NCBI GenBank assembly: GCA_051294905.1
Contig: CM119386.1
Location: 17,670,001 to 17,734,000, forward strand
From: Botryllus schlosseri
Lineage: Eukaryota
DNA: 64,000 nucleotides
Direction: 5' to 3'
In this document: positions 22,985-35,724 of the stretch, one piece after another
Numbering within the stretch: position 1 is the first letter of the stretch
How the letters are laid out: every line of letters starts with the position of its first letter
The notes under the pieces: model-generated
Database searches by the model: none
Told to the model about the DNA's origin: nothing
What the model saw: the letters and a program-made list of their open reading frames with translations, nothing else
Program-made: the position numbers and the translations under genes

Positions 22985-25251
22985 GTGAGTCTGAGTACTT
23001 TATCATTCAAGAAGAGACTTTGGGGGTACAAATCTTCAATATACAATTGAATAATATTCATGTTGAAATAAACACGGATATTCTGGGCAGACACTCGTCA
23101 GGGGTGATCGTCAGCAACTACTAGAGAATTCAGAGAACTTTGTAAATCAACAACCAGCACGAAAATTCGTATAATACAGTCAAACAGATGGTTTAAGCTT
23201 CATGTACTATTTTTGTATTATACATCTGTTGGCACGAACTAGGTTGATGGAATGTGGTAAAAGTCCGCGTCAAGTCACCCAAATGATGGCATGGACGTCC
23301 TCTCCCGACGACGCGCAATCCGTCGTTTATTCGGGTTTTTTCAATATGACGATATTACTGGACTATCTTTCAACTTGAGCAGTTTGTAAATCTCGGAGTC
23401 AGCACCGTAAAGCGGCAGAAATAATTTATAGCTGTTTATGCCTTCGCTGTACGTGTACAAAACCAACAAAGCATTTAGTGCGCCGTTGCGGCAATGCGTC
23501 CAAGGCGGGTTCATTCGATGACAACTGGCAAATTTTCAACTTTTCCAAATAGGATTACAATTGGAATGATAGCTACATAGTTTTTCCAAATTAGATTACA
23601 ATTAGAATGACTGAACTCGCAAAAAATTGGAAATTGACTTAAATTCCCATTTTCAAAGAAAACAAAAATATGTTCGGTTCATATCAAATCAGAATTTATT
23701 TCCGTTACTTCAAGAATTGCAAATTTCTGAATAGCAAACTCGGCTCGTTTCGCACTATACAGTTCTCCTATAGGATTTTCACAAAAAAAACAGCAATCTG
23801 TCGCGATATATTTCATTTACCAAACTGAGCTGATTCGGTAAGATCGTGAACTTTTCCGCTATGGTAATTTTCGCATAATAAGTAATGCACGGGACGGCGT
23901 ATTAGAATTCATTACGACTTAACTTGCGATATTTCTCATTGTTAGCCACGTTATTGAAGTTCACGTGAAGTAAGATTGCGTGACTACAATACACATTCGC
24001 TATGAATGACTCAGCTACGTATACATTTGATGTCAATGAAGTCACAAATAGTGGCTGTGAAATGTCATTTCTGATTCCGCCCACCTTGGCGTGTGATCGG
24101 TGGCGACACGTTTGTCAACAACTTGCACTGTCCACGTATGATATGATTCATTAATATATCCGTTAGAAGAGCTCGGAGGTACAGAACTCCAATATACAAT
24201 TGAGTAATATATGTATATTGAAATAAACCCGAATATTTTCGGCTGGCACTCGTCACGGGATATCGTCAGTAACTAGTAAAGAATTGGAAAGAACATTGTA
24301 CGTACGATTGTTGATACAAAACGTTCTTTCCAATTCTGTACAATTTGCTAATATTCGGGTATATTTCAATACGAATATAATATTTAGTATCCAGTGGCGA
24401 ATTTGTGGCCTTAAAAAGGCATGGCATGTTCCATAGATTTCGTTACGCGGATGACCAGAATTATAACTCATTAGGTTTAAATGCTAGATCGTGGTTATCA
24501 TATCATTAGTATCTTACATACGATTTTAAGCACAAATGAATGGTATTTTATTGGATAATATATTTATACGATCGTTGATATACAACGCTCTTTCCAATTC
24601 TTCACTAGTTGCTGACGATTACCCCTGACGAGTGGCAGCCAAAAGTATTAGGGTATGACCATATTATTCAATTATGTATTGAAGTTTTGTACCTCCAAGA
24701 ACCTCTACGAATGCTATTTGGTTCCAGGTTGTTGTCGTGTTATTGTATAGTTTCCGCTCTGGTTATCTGAGATGGTAGTAGCTAAGGTTGATTGTGTTAT
24801 CTTACCCGCGTTTTTGCCTATATACGGCTTAATATTTTACGCTGACGGAGTTAAAATCAATCTACATTGTTCTGTTTATCTTTGGGAGTTTTACGAATGA
24901 TATAGATAACTTGCAATGCTGTATATCTCAACGTGAACTTTATTAATAACTGCATGAGTGCAAGTACAGAAATCCCTACTGGTTTACATGGCAGTGTTCT
25001 TGATCCCCTATAATTCAGTATACCCGTTTACCCAAGACACACATAATACGCTCATATTCTCATTCCTGGTACCGTGTTCTATGTCTCTTGATTCCAGAGA
25101 CCGTCGGGTAATTCTGAAACACGGCAACCGTATGTTTGAATAACGTAAGGTGAAGTTTTATTTGATAAGTCAACTTTCATATACGTTCCGTACGCCAGGT
25201 CTCGTGAGTACACTGTTACTAATCGTAAATATGCAAATAATAGAATGATAA

Positions 25252-26677
25252 CACTGGTCAACACATTTTTTTAGGCAGACAAAGTAAGAGTGGTTTTGGG
25301 GGTTCTGAAGGGCACTGATTCCGAATATGGCCTTGGTTTTTTCAAATTGGCTCTTGTTGTGGAGATAACCCATGGGGCTATTTTGACCGAAATCTCCCAT
25401 TTTCGCGATAATGACTAGATATAAAATCGGCTCAGTCGTACTATAAAGTTTAGAAAATCAATCTACTTGTTATTTTTACACACAGGAGACTCTTTTAGAG
25501 CAAAATACAGCAACAGGACTATATTTACGGGTAATAGATTTATCATAGTTACAGATTTTCACGGATATCATGTACATAAATAAACTCCAGTCATGTACGT
25601 AAGTATTTACCTTGACACTCAAATAACGTGGCATTAATTCGATCAGTTTTACGTCAACCAGCTATTGTAAAATTGAAATAATCAGTTGGAATATAATATT
25701 ATTGATATATTTTAAATCACAATTGTCTTTTTGTAAGATATTCGCCTGTAAGCTATTTAGTGCAGTTTCTTGAAAGTTTGCGGCAATGGTCTGACATGAT
25801 GTTCAATTGTTCATCTCATCGGCCCTGATATCTTTCTTTTGTTGTTCTGATGTCTTGGTAGAACCTCTCCCCTTGCTAATCAACAAGATGATCAGGAAAT
25901 ATATCTCGATTTCTGAACAGGAAGTGAACTTTTATGCTCATGTTTGTGCTCAAGTGTTTGATATGCAGATACGAATTTTCGGACCAACTGTTTCTTATTG
26001 GGTGCTTTATGATCATCTAAAAAGTTTTATTTACTACATCTTACGAGAAATTACATGCAGTGAACTCCTTCTTAATGTAAAATTGGAATATTTCATCGGT
26101 ATTCGAATATACCAGATACCAGATTCAAGCTTCTAGTTTGATAGGGTTACTAGGTATACCCACTTTGTTGACTCAGCGGAAAGTTATCAATTTACCAGTC
26201 GAAAGAAAGGAGACGCATATGAGTATTGTAGTTAAGCCTTCCAAGGACAAATTTTATAGTTTTATACTCATCTTTAATCTTGGTGGAATGACCAATTGAT
26301 ACAGGAGAATATGTATTTCCGTTGTGCAAAAGTACAAATTTTAGGCTTCAAAAACTGCATTTTTGACAAACAAATATTTCGCATCATGTCATGTTAATAT
26401 TGATAGAACGACTTAAAATGACATGAGGATTCTTTATAGTCAATTAGTTATTTATACACAGTATAACATTAGAAAAAACTACGATTTTCTTCGTACCAAG
26501 TGAAATATTTTGGGGCAAAAACAGTAATTTTGGGCTTTTTTAGGGGTGTAAATATCTTCTGACAGAGAGCCAATCTGACAAAACTAATGTGATATTCGTA
26601 ATCAGCAACCTCAAAAACCCCGGAAACGGCTCTCAGATGTTCTGCCTAAATTTTTTTTTTCATTTTGTTGACCAGTG
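25252..26677 (-). mobile_element. Chapaev3-type (CMC) deletion derivative with transposase remnant
   Basis: TIRs CACTGGTCAACA / TGTTGACCAGTG and 3-bp TSD TAA. The minus strand ~25770-26030 reads NFLDDHKAPN...AYQTL / MSIKVHFL...QGERFYQDI...RYQGR with stops and a frameshift. Confidence 0.8.
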
Positions 26678-26980
26678 TAATCGCCGTGTTAGCCTACCGC
26701 AGGTCACATTTATGATGAGATTTTTATTGATTTCGTTAAGTGAAGTGTCTCAATGCAAATTTAAAGTGTGTAGAGCTTATTGGAGGTACAGAACTTTAAT
26801 ATACAATTGAATAGTATATGAACCAGAATATTTTCGGCTGACACTCGTCAGGGGTAATCGTCAGCAACTAGTGAAGTGAGTAGTGAGTAGCCTACATCGT
26901 TTGAATAGTTTTAGTTTCGATATCTAGTTGGCCTGATCTGATTACATTTGATTTCGGTTGTAAACAACCCTCAGCCTTTT

Positions 26981-27525
26981 ATGGTTGCATTCAAAACAAA
27001 CATAAATTTAAAACAAACGTGTAAAACATGGTTCCTTGTTTGATACATGTTTTTCATTGTTTTTTTTAGTCGTATCGTCACGAATCTTCACTTGTAACGT
27101 CTCAGTGCGTTGACATTGACAATTGAAAATGTATGGTAAATATGTCTCCTTCCACGAGAAAAGCTCCCGGCCACTGTCATAAACAAACCAAAAATATCTG
27201 CAACCAGGACTACATCGTTATGCATCATTTTTACGGTCGTCGTTCATCGTCACCAGCACACCCATTCCGTGTCTGTGATCAATATGTACATTGTATGTTC
27301 TGCAACATGTTGAAATGACAATCCATATCGTAAACGTCGACTGTATCGGGTGCAAATCGTGCGTAGGCTTGAAATACATATTTTTTCAAAGTATATAACA
27401 CTTATGGCATAATTATGCAACGTTTAAAACAACACAATTTTTTTAAATGCATTTTTTTGAAACACTGTTTAAAACATCTTTAAACAAAGTGTTTTTAAAC
27501 ACCATTTGTTTAAAATGTAACCCTA
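26981..27525 (+). mobile_element. hAT-type MITE family (TAGGGTTGCATTTAAAAC ends)
   Basis: Right end ...AAATGTAACCCTA. Relatives are at ~34445-34938, 42577-43092 (TSD GTCGTTAC/GTCATTAC) and 52988-53892. Confidence 0.7.
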
Positions 27526-27699
27526 GTCGTGTAATTCAATGTCTTACTTGCATAGTAGTAATATGAATAAGGGAGGTATTTGCGCAAAATGGTAATGAGT
27601 GTCAGATTGAAAGAAAACGTTAATTTCCTGCATAATTACCGAGCGTAATGCGTGGTCGAATCGAATGAATTTCCACAAGATCTACTTTTGCTCGCCGTG

Positions 27700-29063
27700 T
27701 CATGAGAAAGTCCGTATCACTTGAGAAAACTTGCTCCTTGGAATATTCTTGAAATAGAAATAATGTCTCACGACCAGACGTCTGCGCTCTGTAATCGAAC
27801 AGTGCATTGCCAAGTTCACAGGGACATCGCGAACGAATATAATTATTGATTGGCAGGATCCTAAATTACGTCAAGTTATACTAGACTTACGCAATTGTAC
27901 GTGTTCAAGTTGATTCATCTCAACTTTGGACCACTCTCCGCATGTCGCTGGCAGCATGAAAAGATATTCAGCACTACACGAACATACACATTGCCAATTT
28001 CAATCTGCTCGAAAGTTTGCTCGGAATATTCCGCTTTGCGATAGTGAATCTTTAGTGACTCACTGATGTGAGCTTTGCCCGCAATTACACACTATACACA
28101 ATAGCAAGAACGAAACACACTATACACGTGGAAAGTCAGCGAAATGTGCTTACTCAACCAACCAACCAATCAATTATTTACATCAACGAATTGATACAAA
28201 GAATGCATCGATGTCTAATGTAAAAAATGTATCAGGCATACGGGATCTATCTCGATTCTTGTATCATAAAAACCAAATCCGTCCAATCAGGGTGTTGGCT
28301 ACTGTTTTTGAGATAATATCTGGCGTAAGTATAGAAACCGGTGTTTCGCTCTTAAAAATACATTGGCATCATTGGCAAAGCGACGGAAGATATTGATTTT
28401 GTGGAATTATTATAGCATTTGATTGTTCCAGTTGGCACATTAGCTGACTTCAGCATTGTCACATAATATGGCCTGAGTCGTCGCTAGTTACCATGCACAA
28501 TGACATGTACATTAATATATTTATTTGCGGAAATCTAGGGTTGGAATTAGCAATATGACGTGACATGGCGTCATAGGTTCGCGTTCGCGTTCAAACAGAG
28601 ACTTTCAAAAAGGTTCGCGTTCACACGAACCAGAATTTTTCAGAGGTTGCACCATCCCTAGACTTCTCAACATTTTTGACCTCGCGGACCGGTAAAATTT
28701 CACAGCAAATGTCGCGGAACGGTGAACCTTCAATAATCATAATTATCCCTAAATTTAAGTAAGACTAATGTGTGCAAATGCAATGCAATAATAAGTAAAC
28801 TTCGTTTACTGCTGCCTTTTGGTAGTAGGTATTTATAGGTGGTTCTGTTGAAATTTACGCCAGGCGAAGCCTCGAAGTCCCGCTAAAGACCACGAACTTG
28901 ATCGTGAGTGTTTGGTATCCATTGGAAGGAATGTTGTTTGCTATCGGAATTTAACGAAGTTTGTTTGAAAGTCTCCTTACCTTTCACGTATAACTTGTCC
29001 GAAACGAGGTGTGGGCTGCTTTTAAACAGTCTCATACAGCTCTTGCACATTTGTGACAGGCGC
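27700..29063 (-). CDS. Candidate 3' exons of an unknown gene
   Basis: Putative exons 28981-29063, 27891-27947 and 27700-27788 have strong splice sites and compatible phases, giving RLSQMCKSCMRLFKSSPHLVSDKLYVKATCGEWSKVEMNQLEHVQLQRRRLVVRHYFYFKNIPRSKFSQVIRTFS*. No family was recognised. Confidence 0.3.
28150..28660 (-). mobile_element. Partial reverse copy of the 35846-36841 hAT MITE
   Basis: Ends ...GCACCATCCCTA at 28660. The interior matches the reverse complement of 35846-36450. Confidence 0.7.
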
Positions 29064-29386
29064 CTAAAGTAGACAATGAACTTTCTCGTTCCAAACTTCT
29101 CAATCAATTTACAGTTTGACGTATCATTAATCTAATTGATAGACAAGCGTCCAGCATCGTGCATTTGGGAAATAAAAAAAAAATTATAATATATGTCGCT
29201 GACCGCCAGGAAACTACTACTTGACGATATTTTGAGCAAAACCACTCACTCTTCTCACTTCGGATCTTGTAAAGAAGGAATTAGTTTGCGATATGCTTGA
29301 TTCACTTTTACGAGGGAAATTATCATGGCAATTGGGAGAAATAGCCTTTGCCACGTTAACCAAAATACTTTAATTGGTATTATTAA

Positions 29387-29843
29387 CACTTTGGCTGCCA
29401 AGGCCTATTATAGGAATTACCAGCAAATACCAGCAAACAATGAATTTTCGACTCAGAGTTGCAAATCTGGAAAGGATTGGTCATGCTTATAACTAGTAAT
29501 TTTGTGCATCTAATGACAAAAAAATTTCTTTTTCACTATCAAGGAATTATAAAAATATTGCAATTTTTTTGCTGCTCATTTTATGAAAAGCCACCTAATG
29601 GTCAAACCAAAACAAGGTTGTCCAATTGTCTATAGATGTGATTTTAAAAAATACTTCAGGCAACGAAAATGCTTGTTAATGACAACAAGTCTATTGAGTA
29701 GCCTCGATTACAGCCGTAATCCGGAGTTTAAACCAATTCCGGGCTTTACGGTACCCATTTGACAAACATCCTAAATATAGGACCACTGGCAGTTTTAGGG
29801 ATTGTGTAAAATCCTAAATATAGGATTGCTGGCAGCGAAAGTG
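29387..29843. mobile_element. TTAA-targeting (piggyBac-like) MITE
   Basis: TTAA at 29383-29386 and 29844-29847. TIRs CACTTTGGCTGCCA / TGGCAGCGAAAGTG. Confidence 0.75.
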
Positions 29844-32248
29844 TTAATAGTAATAAATATTAATTTATCAATGTTTTACAACATGTCCATGTTCGTCAGT
29901 CGCGAGCAGTCATTCTGCAGTTTCGAAAAATGGCCTCTGACATCGCTACTTCTTGTAATTAAGTGAAATTTACGGCGTTTACTTCCACCCCTACTTGAGT
30001 AACAACGCTGACTAATCCGTGTCCGTCCTTGACATCTGTCATTGCCCATTATAACGGAATCAAGGTTTTATTGTCTTGTAGACACACAGTCGTTAGCTGC
30101 ATTTCTAACTATATCGATATTTAAATTGTTTCGCAAAACTCTGAGCTTGAGCATAACGCATGTCTGTTATTCAGACGATCCGAACGAATTGAGGCCAAGA
30201 GAATGCGACAGCTCCACGGTAACGGGCCGTACGAGAAAAGAACAAGCACGGGTTTAACGAAGTTGGACGAGTACATCTGACCATCCCACCAAACACTGTT
30301 GATCTAAAAGATGCCCGCCAGCGTACGCAGGCCAAGCCTCGCGATTGTACTGTGTTTGCGATGCTTCCATTTCCAGTAATCTACCGTTGCGTTGAGATAA
30401 AGGGTTTTTAATCATTACCTGCATCAAGGCGACAGCACATACGGTGTTCGTTGTGAATGACCAGCCGGTGGCTATACATTAAGGATGTGGATTTACTACA
30501 TCTTCGATTCTCGTTGTACCCTTTGTAAAGTAGGGCTGCTCAAAAAGAACTTTCTTTTTCAAAATTTACTGCTGGCTACTCGATAAATTTGTTAGGTTGC
30601 ATATAGAAACGCTGCACATTGAATTCGGCTCAATTCTGACCTACAGAAAGTTTTGAATTTATTAAATAAAAATAAATAAAAAATGAAATCTTACCATGGC
30701 TACCCCATAAAATTGTTAGGTTGTCTAAAAACGACGCATATCAAAATTGGATCAATTTCAACCTGTTGAAGCGAAGTTATTAACGTAAAAAGTTTTGGAT
30801 TTGAAAAAATGGTATCAACGGTGTTGACAACTCCATAATAATGATAGAAATTCACACCATAAATACTATTATATCCAAATCCGCAATTTTACACGCGTCG
30901 GTGCACTCTTGATGACCTTTTCGACTTTACTTATTCATATATTTGTATTTTCTTGCGCGTTTTGTTATTTATTATGGCGTCGGTGCCAAAGCCAATGTCT
31001 TGTCTGTTCGATGTTTATTTGTTGTCCTTTGGAGTGTGTTGGTTTGTGTCGTCGTTAGTCGATTTGTTAATGCCGACAAGTTCTATGTTTTGGTTCAGGC
31101 TTATGTTGCGAAATACACGTTACATAATGCACAATGCGTTCACTGTTCATAGCATACTATAGGGGCTGTATGTAGTTCGATCCAACATACATTATACGGG
31201 CGATGGCTCGCCTGTACAGATCAGGCATGCGGTCCCCACGTCCGAGTATCTCTGTTACTACTTGCCAAGAGAGTGGGTTGATTCACTGTGTCAGGGGTGT
31301 GCAACCGCAGAGGAACTGTGTGGCACTTGCCAATTTTGAATGGTGTGCGGCCCGCGAAATGGTTTTCCGATTTATCTTGGTCTGGTACGTTTGGGCTAAG
31401 CTCAGGTGGGTTAACAGATGTGACACAAAAACTCGAAAATATGCTTACGCTGACTTCCCACTTGAATATTTCTACATGACAACCTGCATGTTCAAGTTCA
31501 CGATAGTTTGTAACAGTTATATACCGAATTTTGGTGATAAATCTCGCCATCACCGTTATGAAGTCCTAATGAGACGATGGGGTTTGTAGCTGTACTAGAA
31601 GGTTATATGCACCCCGCGGTTGCACGGCAATAGTTTTGGGCCGCTTGTCAAAAAGGTTTCACACGCCTGCAGTACTGTATGGCGATATTACGTTGGAAAA
31701 TGTACTGTAACAGTTGATATGCGCAAACAAAATTTGGATAACTTCGTGTTTCCTGTTATCAGAGCATGAGCACCATCAAGTTTGATCCTTGTTATGCTCT
31801 TGTAACGAGATTGTAGGCATTGCTACTGCTGAGTGTTGACACGTAGCATATGTCACGGGAGCAAGAATCGTGCGTAATGCTCAAACATCCAATAAATCAT
31901 GAGAATCGTAATCAAGTGTACAAGTACACACACTGGGCGGTGATCATTTTACAAAAAATTACAGACGAACCAGTGTGTTGACCCGAAACGTCTGCTATTT
32001 TATAGCTTGGCGTATGATAGTCCAAAGTCAAGCAAGATTTATGTAGGACATACATACTCTTTAAACAAAGCTTTTGAAGAATCATGGTGGTTGCATGTCG
32101 CCTAGTAAGTTCGGCTGTTTATTTGGATGATTAATGAGCTTCACTGTTAGGTCAGCGTCGTGTTTTGAAATATCTTTCTAATAAGTTGGAAGTTTGTGTG
32201 AGACGCTTTGCGGGATAGAATATGCCTGGCTAAAAAGGTCGCTGTCCA

Positions 32249-32599
32249 TAGGGTTACCATATTTTGGGAATCTGAAAAGAGGACACCTTTTCAAAATTTT
32301 CAGACTCACAATACTGGAGTAAAATATGGGGAAAATGGTAAGTTTGTGTTTGGTTGGCAAAAAAATTATAGCGACTTTCCGGCTCAACCTGATCCCGAAA
32401 TACTAAAGAAAGTCATTTTTCTGGCTCAGGTCCCGAAAAACTTGAACGCTGATTTCCTATATTTCAGTCCAATTTCGACGTGCATTTAAATTTTCAAAAA
32501 AGAGGACAAAAGGACATTTAGGCGTCCTCCGAGGACACTTTCAAAAAAGTCAAAAAAGAGGACAAATCCTCTTAAAATAGGACGTATATGGTAACCCTA
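32249..32599. mobile_element. hAT MITE (TAGGGTTACCATA ends, AAAGAGGAC repeats)
   Basis: TIRs present and degenerate TSD GCTGTCCA / CCTGTCAA. A sister copy is at 53005-53371. Confidence 0.8.
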
Positions 32600-33219
32600 C
32601 CTGTCAATAGTGTTGCCTCCCGCAACCGTCTCAGAAAGAGACAAAACTAAACCGTTTGTTTGTTTTTATTTCATATACTGTTTTTAAGTTACGTTTATTG
32701 CATCTTGCAATATCAAATCGACGAGTCCGATTCTGATGGCATATGGAATTGAGGTTATGGCACAGGCATGAATTAATTCAACTCACTTCACACAATAATG
32801 CAAAGTATACAAGGGAAAAGCTTACAAACAAAAACTACTCCCAAGAAAGTGAAAGTCATATCCCTAAATAGCCTATGTGTAGTTATAATTGTACTATGGT
32901 TTACTCTGTCGGGGTGAATATAGATTGTTTATGTTAGCTGTGTAATCATGTACATTGGGTGGAATCTGCATTTACACGTCACTAGACCGCCAGTAAGACC
33001 AGATGAGTCGCCGTTAGTGGCAGTAGCAAATATTTAAATGAGAGCTTTGAAGGGCGAAGTGGAAAATGGTGAACATTTGGACATGAGTCAGTCGACCGTC
33101 AGGAACTTGCGAACGCGGTTTTGATTAGGGGGCCTTGCTCGTCTTCGCCCCCGTGGAGTCGGAAAGGAAGTATGGTTAATATTCTCTAAAGCAGTGCTTT
33201 TCAACCTGTGGGATGGTAC

Positions 33220-33750
33220 GAGAGAGAGAGAGTCTTTATTTTCATCGAACCAAAATACATAACAAACGGCAGTGATTGTGGTACAGAAAATATGCGTGCA
33301 CAGTATTCGGTATCAGATAGGAATGATCGATAAGACCGTGAAGGTCATCTAGTCTGATCACACCAGCATCAAACAGGTACACTTGACTCAGAACAGTCTG
33401 GCTGTAAAAAAATGTTTAGTTAGGAAAGGAAAATAGAAAAAAATTAAACAATGGTAGCAAATGATCAATGAAGCAATGTCTGGGTGAGGTAGGGCAACAG
33501 TGTTAGTGTAACGACAAGAGGTGATCAAGTAGGGCTTTTTGAATCTATTATAAGGCAATTCACGGATATGTGATGGTAATGCATTCCAGATGATAGGTCC
33601 CAAGTAGTCGATAGATCTCTTAGTTAGGTTGCTATTGGGTTGGGGTAAGTAGACGTTTCCTTTAGACGAAGATCTCGTGTGATGGGAATGGACATGTTTA
33701 GCAGGTATGAAAAATTTGTGCTTGTGCGAATGAAACAATTTGCAGTGCAA
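33220..33750 (-). mobile_element. Second, shorter 3' fragment of the same CR1/L2-group LINE
   Basis: Reverse-complement match to ~5250-5767, including HTRSSSKGNVYLPQPNSNLTKRSIDYLGPIIWNALP, the 3' UTR and the (CT)n tail. Confidence 0.9.
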
Positions 33751-35724
33751 ATGACGAAGGTGATGCTAATCGTGCGGATGAAAATCGTAAATAATTGTTA
33801 ATTTTTCTGACGTGGAATAATTCAAATAAACCAAATAGGATATTCAAGGGCAGTGCAAGTGGAGAGAGAGAGAGAATTATATATCCCTGTATTGTATTAA
33901 AATTGAATTATTTTTCATGGGTGAGGCTTGGGTCGCGAGATGCCACAAAAATTCAGATGTTGGTGGTAGGCCTAGTCTAAAAAGTTGCTTTAAGGTTATC
34001 AAACTGTTATGAACTTTCAAGTTAGATTGAGCGAAAGAGCCGAATACACGGTATCGTGACTTTATTTGCTCGTCTCATTTACTCGCGAGCCAGAAAATTG
34101 GAAATCGAAAAACAAACAGAACACAAATTGGAGCAAGGTATCATAAGGTAGCGAGCGCTAATGCGCCTACTGTCTTTGATCGTTTTGGACGTTATTTTCC
34201 AGGACATCAGGCAAAAGCTTCAAAACAAACATGTAGATTTTTCACCCTTTCGACGAACTGGAGCCTCCGGGACCTTTGTGTCACCTCTCAAAAACGAATT
34301 CTGCCAGCAAGCATTTTTCACTCGCAAAAATACGCTGAAATTTGAATAGGAGTGCAGAACAGTGCAAAACATGGCAACAAAGCACTAGTAGACGTTCTTG
34401 CACGAAACCCAACAACTTGTTTGGTCGAGAAGGGTTTTAGTTACAGTTGAATTTAAAACAAAATTCATTTTAGAACGAACATGATTAAAACATAGTCCCT
34501 GTTTAAAACATGTTTTCTATTGTTTTTTTTTCTAGCCACGACGCCACGAATCTTTAATTATGACGTCCCAATGTATTGGCATTGACATTTGAAAATATAG
34601 GGGAAATATGGCTAGTTCGACTTCCGACCACTGTCATAAACAGACCAAAAATATCTTTAACCGGGACTACATCGTTATGCATCATTTTGCGGTCGTCGGT
34701 CATCATCATCAAAACACCCTTTACGTACCAATTATCTATATCTACTTGCTATAACCGTCGAACTAATGACGATTTCGGGGGTTCCAGCCACTCCATATCG
34801 TAGCCTATCGGTCAACTATATTGGGTGAAAATCGTCAGTAGGTTCATACTAAATGTTTTCCGAAAGTATTTACACAATTATGGCAAAATTATACATCGTT
34901 TGAAAAAAATAGCACCGTTTGTTTTAAATGCAACCCTAGTTTTAGGGAAATAATTGAAATCAAAATGAGAGAAAAGAGTTGCCTTGTTAATGAGACACTT
35001 GATGGCTTGAGCTATAGTATCCAATTTGTTGCACATCTGAACAAAATATTGTCAAGTATCTTCATCTGTTTTGTATAACAATTTTTGGCTAGTTTGTGCG
35101 AATAAAATTTATTTTAAAAAAAAAGTGCGAAGGGAGCTCAAAAAGGACTGCCCTCTAGCATTGACGCAGAGATTGACGATTCGGTTTCAAGTGTGGCAAC
35201 GCAACTAAACTCACAGGCACTAGCATGAGTCCTGGGAAGTGTTACCTTTTCTTGGTAAGGAGAGGAAACGCCTATGCCTTACTCTAAATGCCAAAGGGAA
35301 GAAATTCGGCCAAGCAGCGGTAAACGGTGGGAGTAACTGGTAGCCCTTCACATTAATCGCAGTACCCCAAAAATAGAAAAATAGCTCTTGTTTTCAAAAA
35401 AAGATGGTGACCACTGACCACTGTTTTAAAATGTTTGGTTTCTTCCACATTTTCGTCCTGTGTATCTGTAATGTGTATATAGTCACACTCAGTCCTTGCA
35501 GAGATAGATAGCGGTGCCCCCATACACACATTGTAAACAAATGCGACTGTCCATATTCGGTTTGCAAACTTTATATATAAATTCAACAGAATACTTCTAA
35601 TCTTAGAGAATTAAATAAAGTTCCCTCTGAATGAATTCCGTTGTTAGCCGAAATTGGTGTAGAGACAGCCGCGCCGAGGCTGCAACTCGAGGTAACATCC
35701 GATGCTCACAATTTCTTCATATGA

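Noticed and set aside
25486-25530. Second exon for the 22758 orphan
   Set aside because: It lies inside the Chapaev3 element, and the best acceptor gives an immediate stop in the required phase.
31203-31589. Overlapping 110-128 aa ORFs on both strands
   Set aside because: No recognisable domain or consistent splice partners were found. It remains possible exon material but is unsupported.
31955-32000. Second hammerhead-like motif (CAGACGA...CCGAAACGTC)
   Set aside because: The U4 core position is altered, stems I and II are unconvincing, and it is single-copy in this window.
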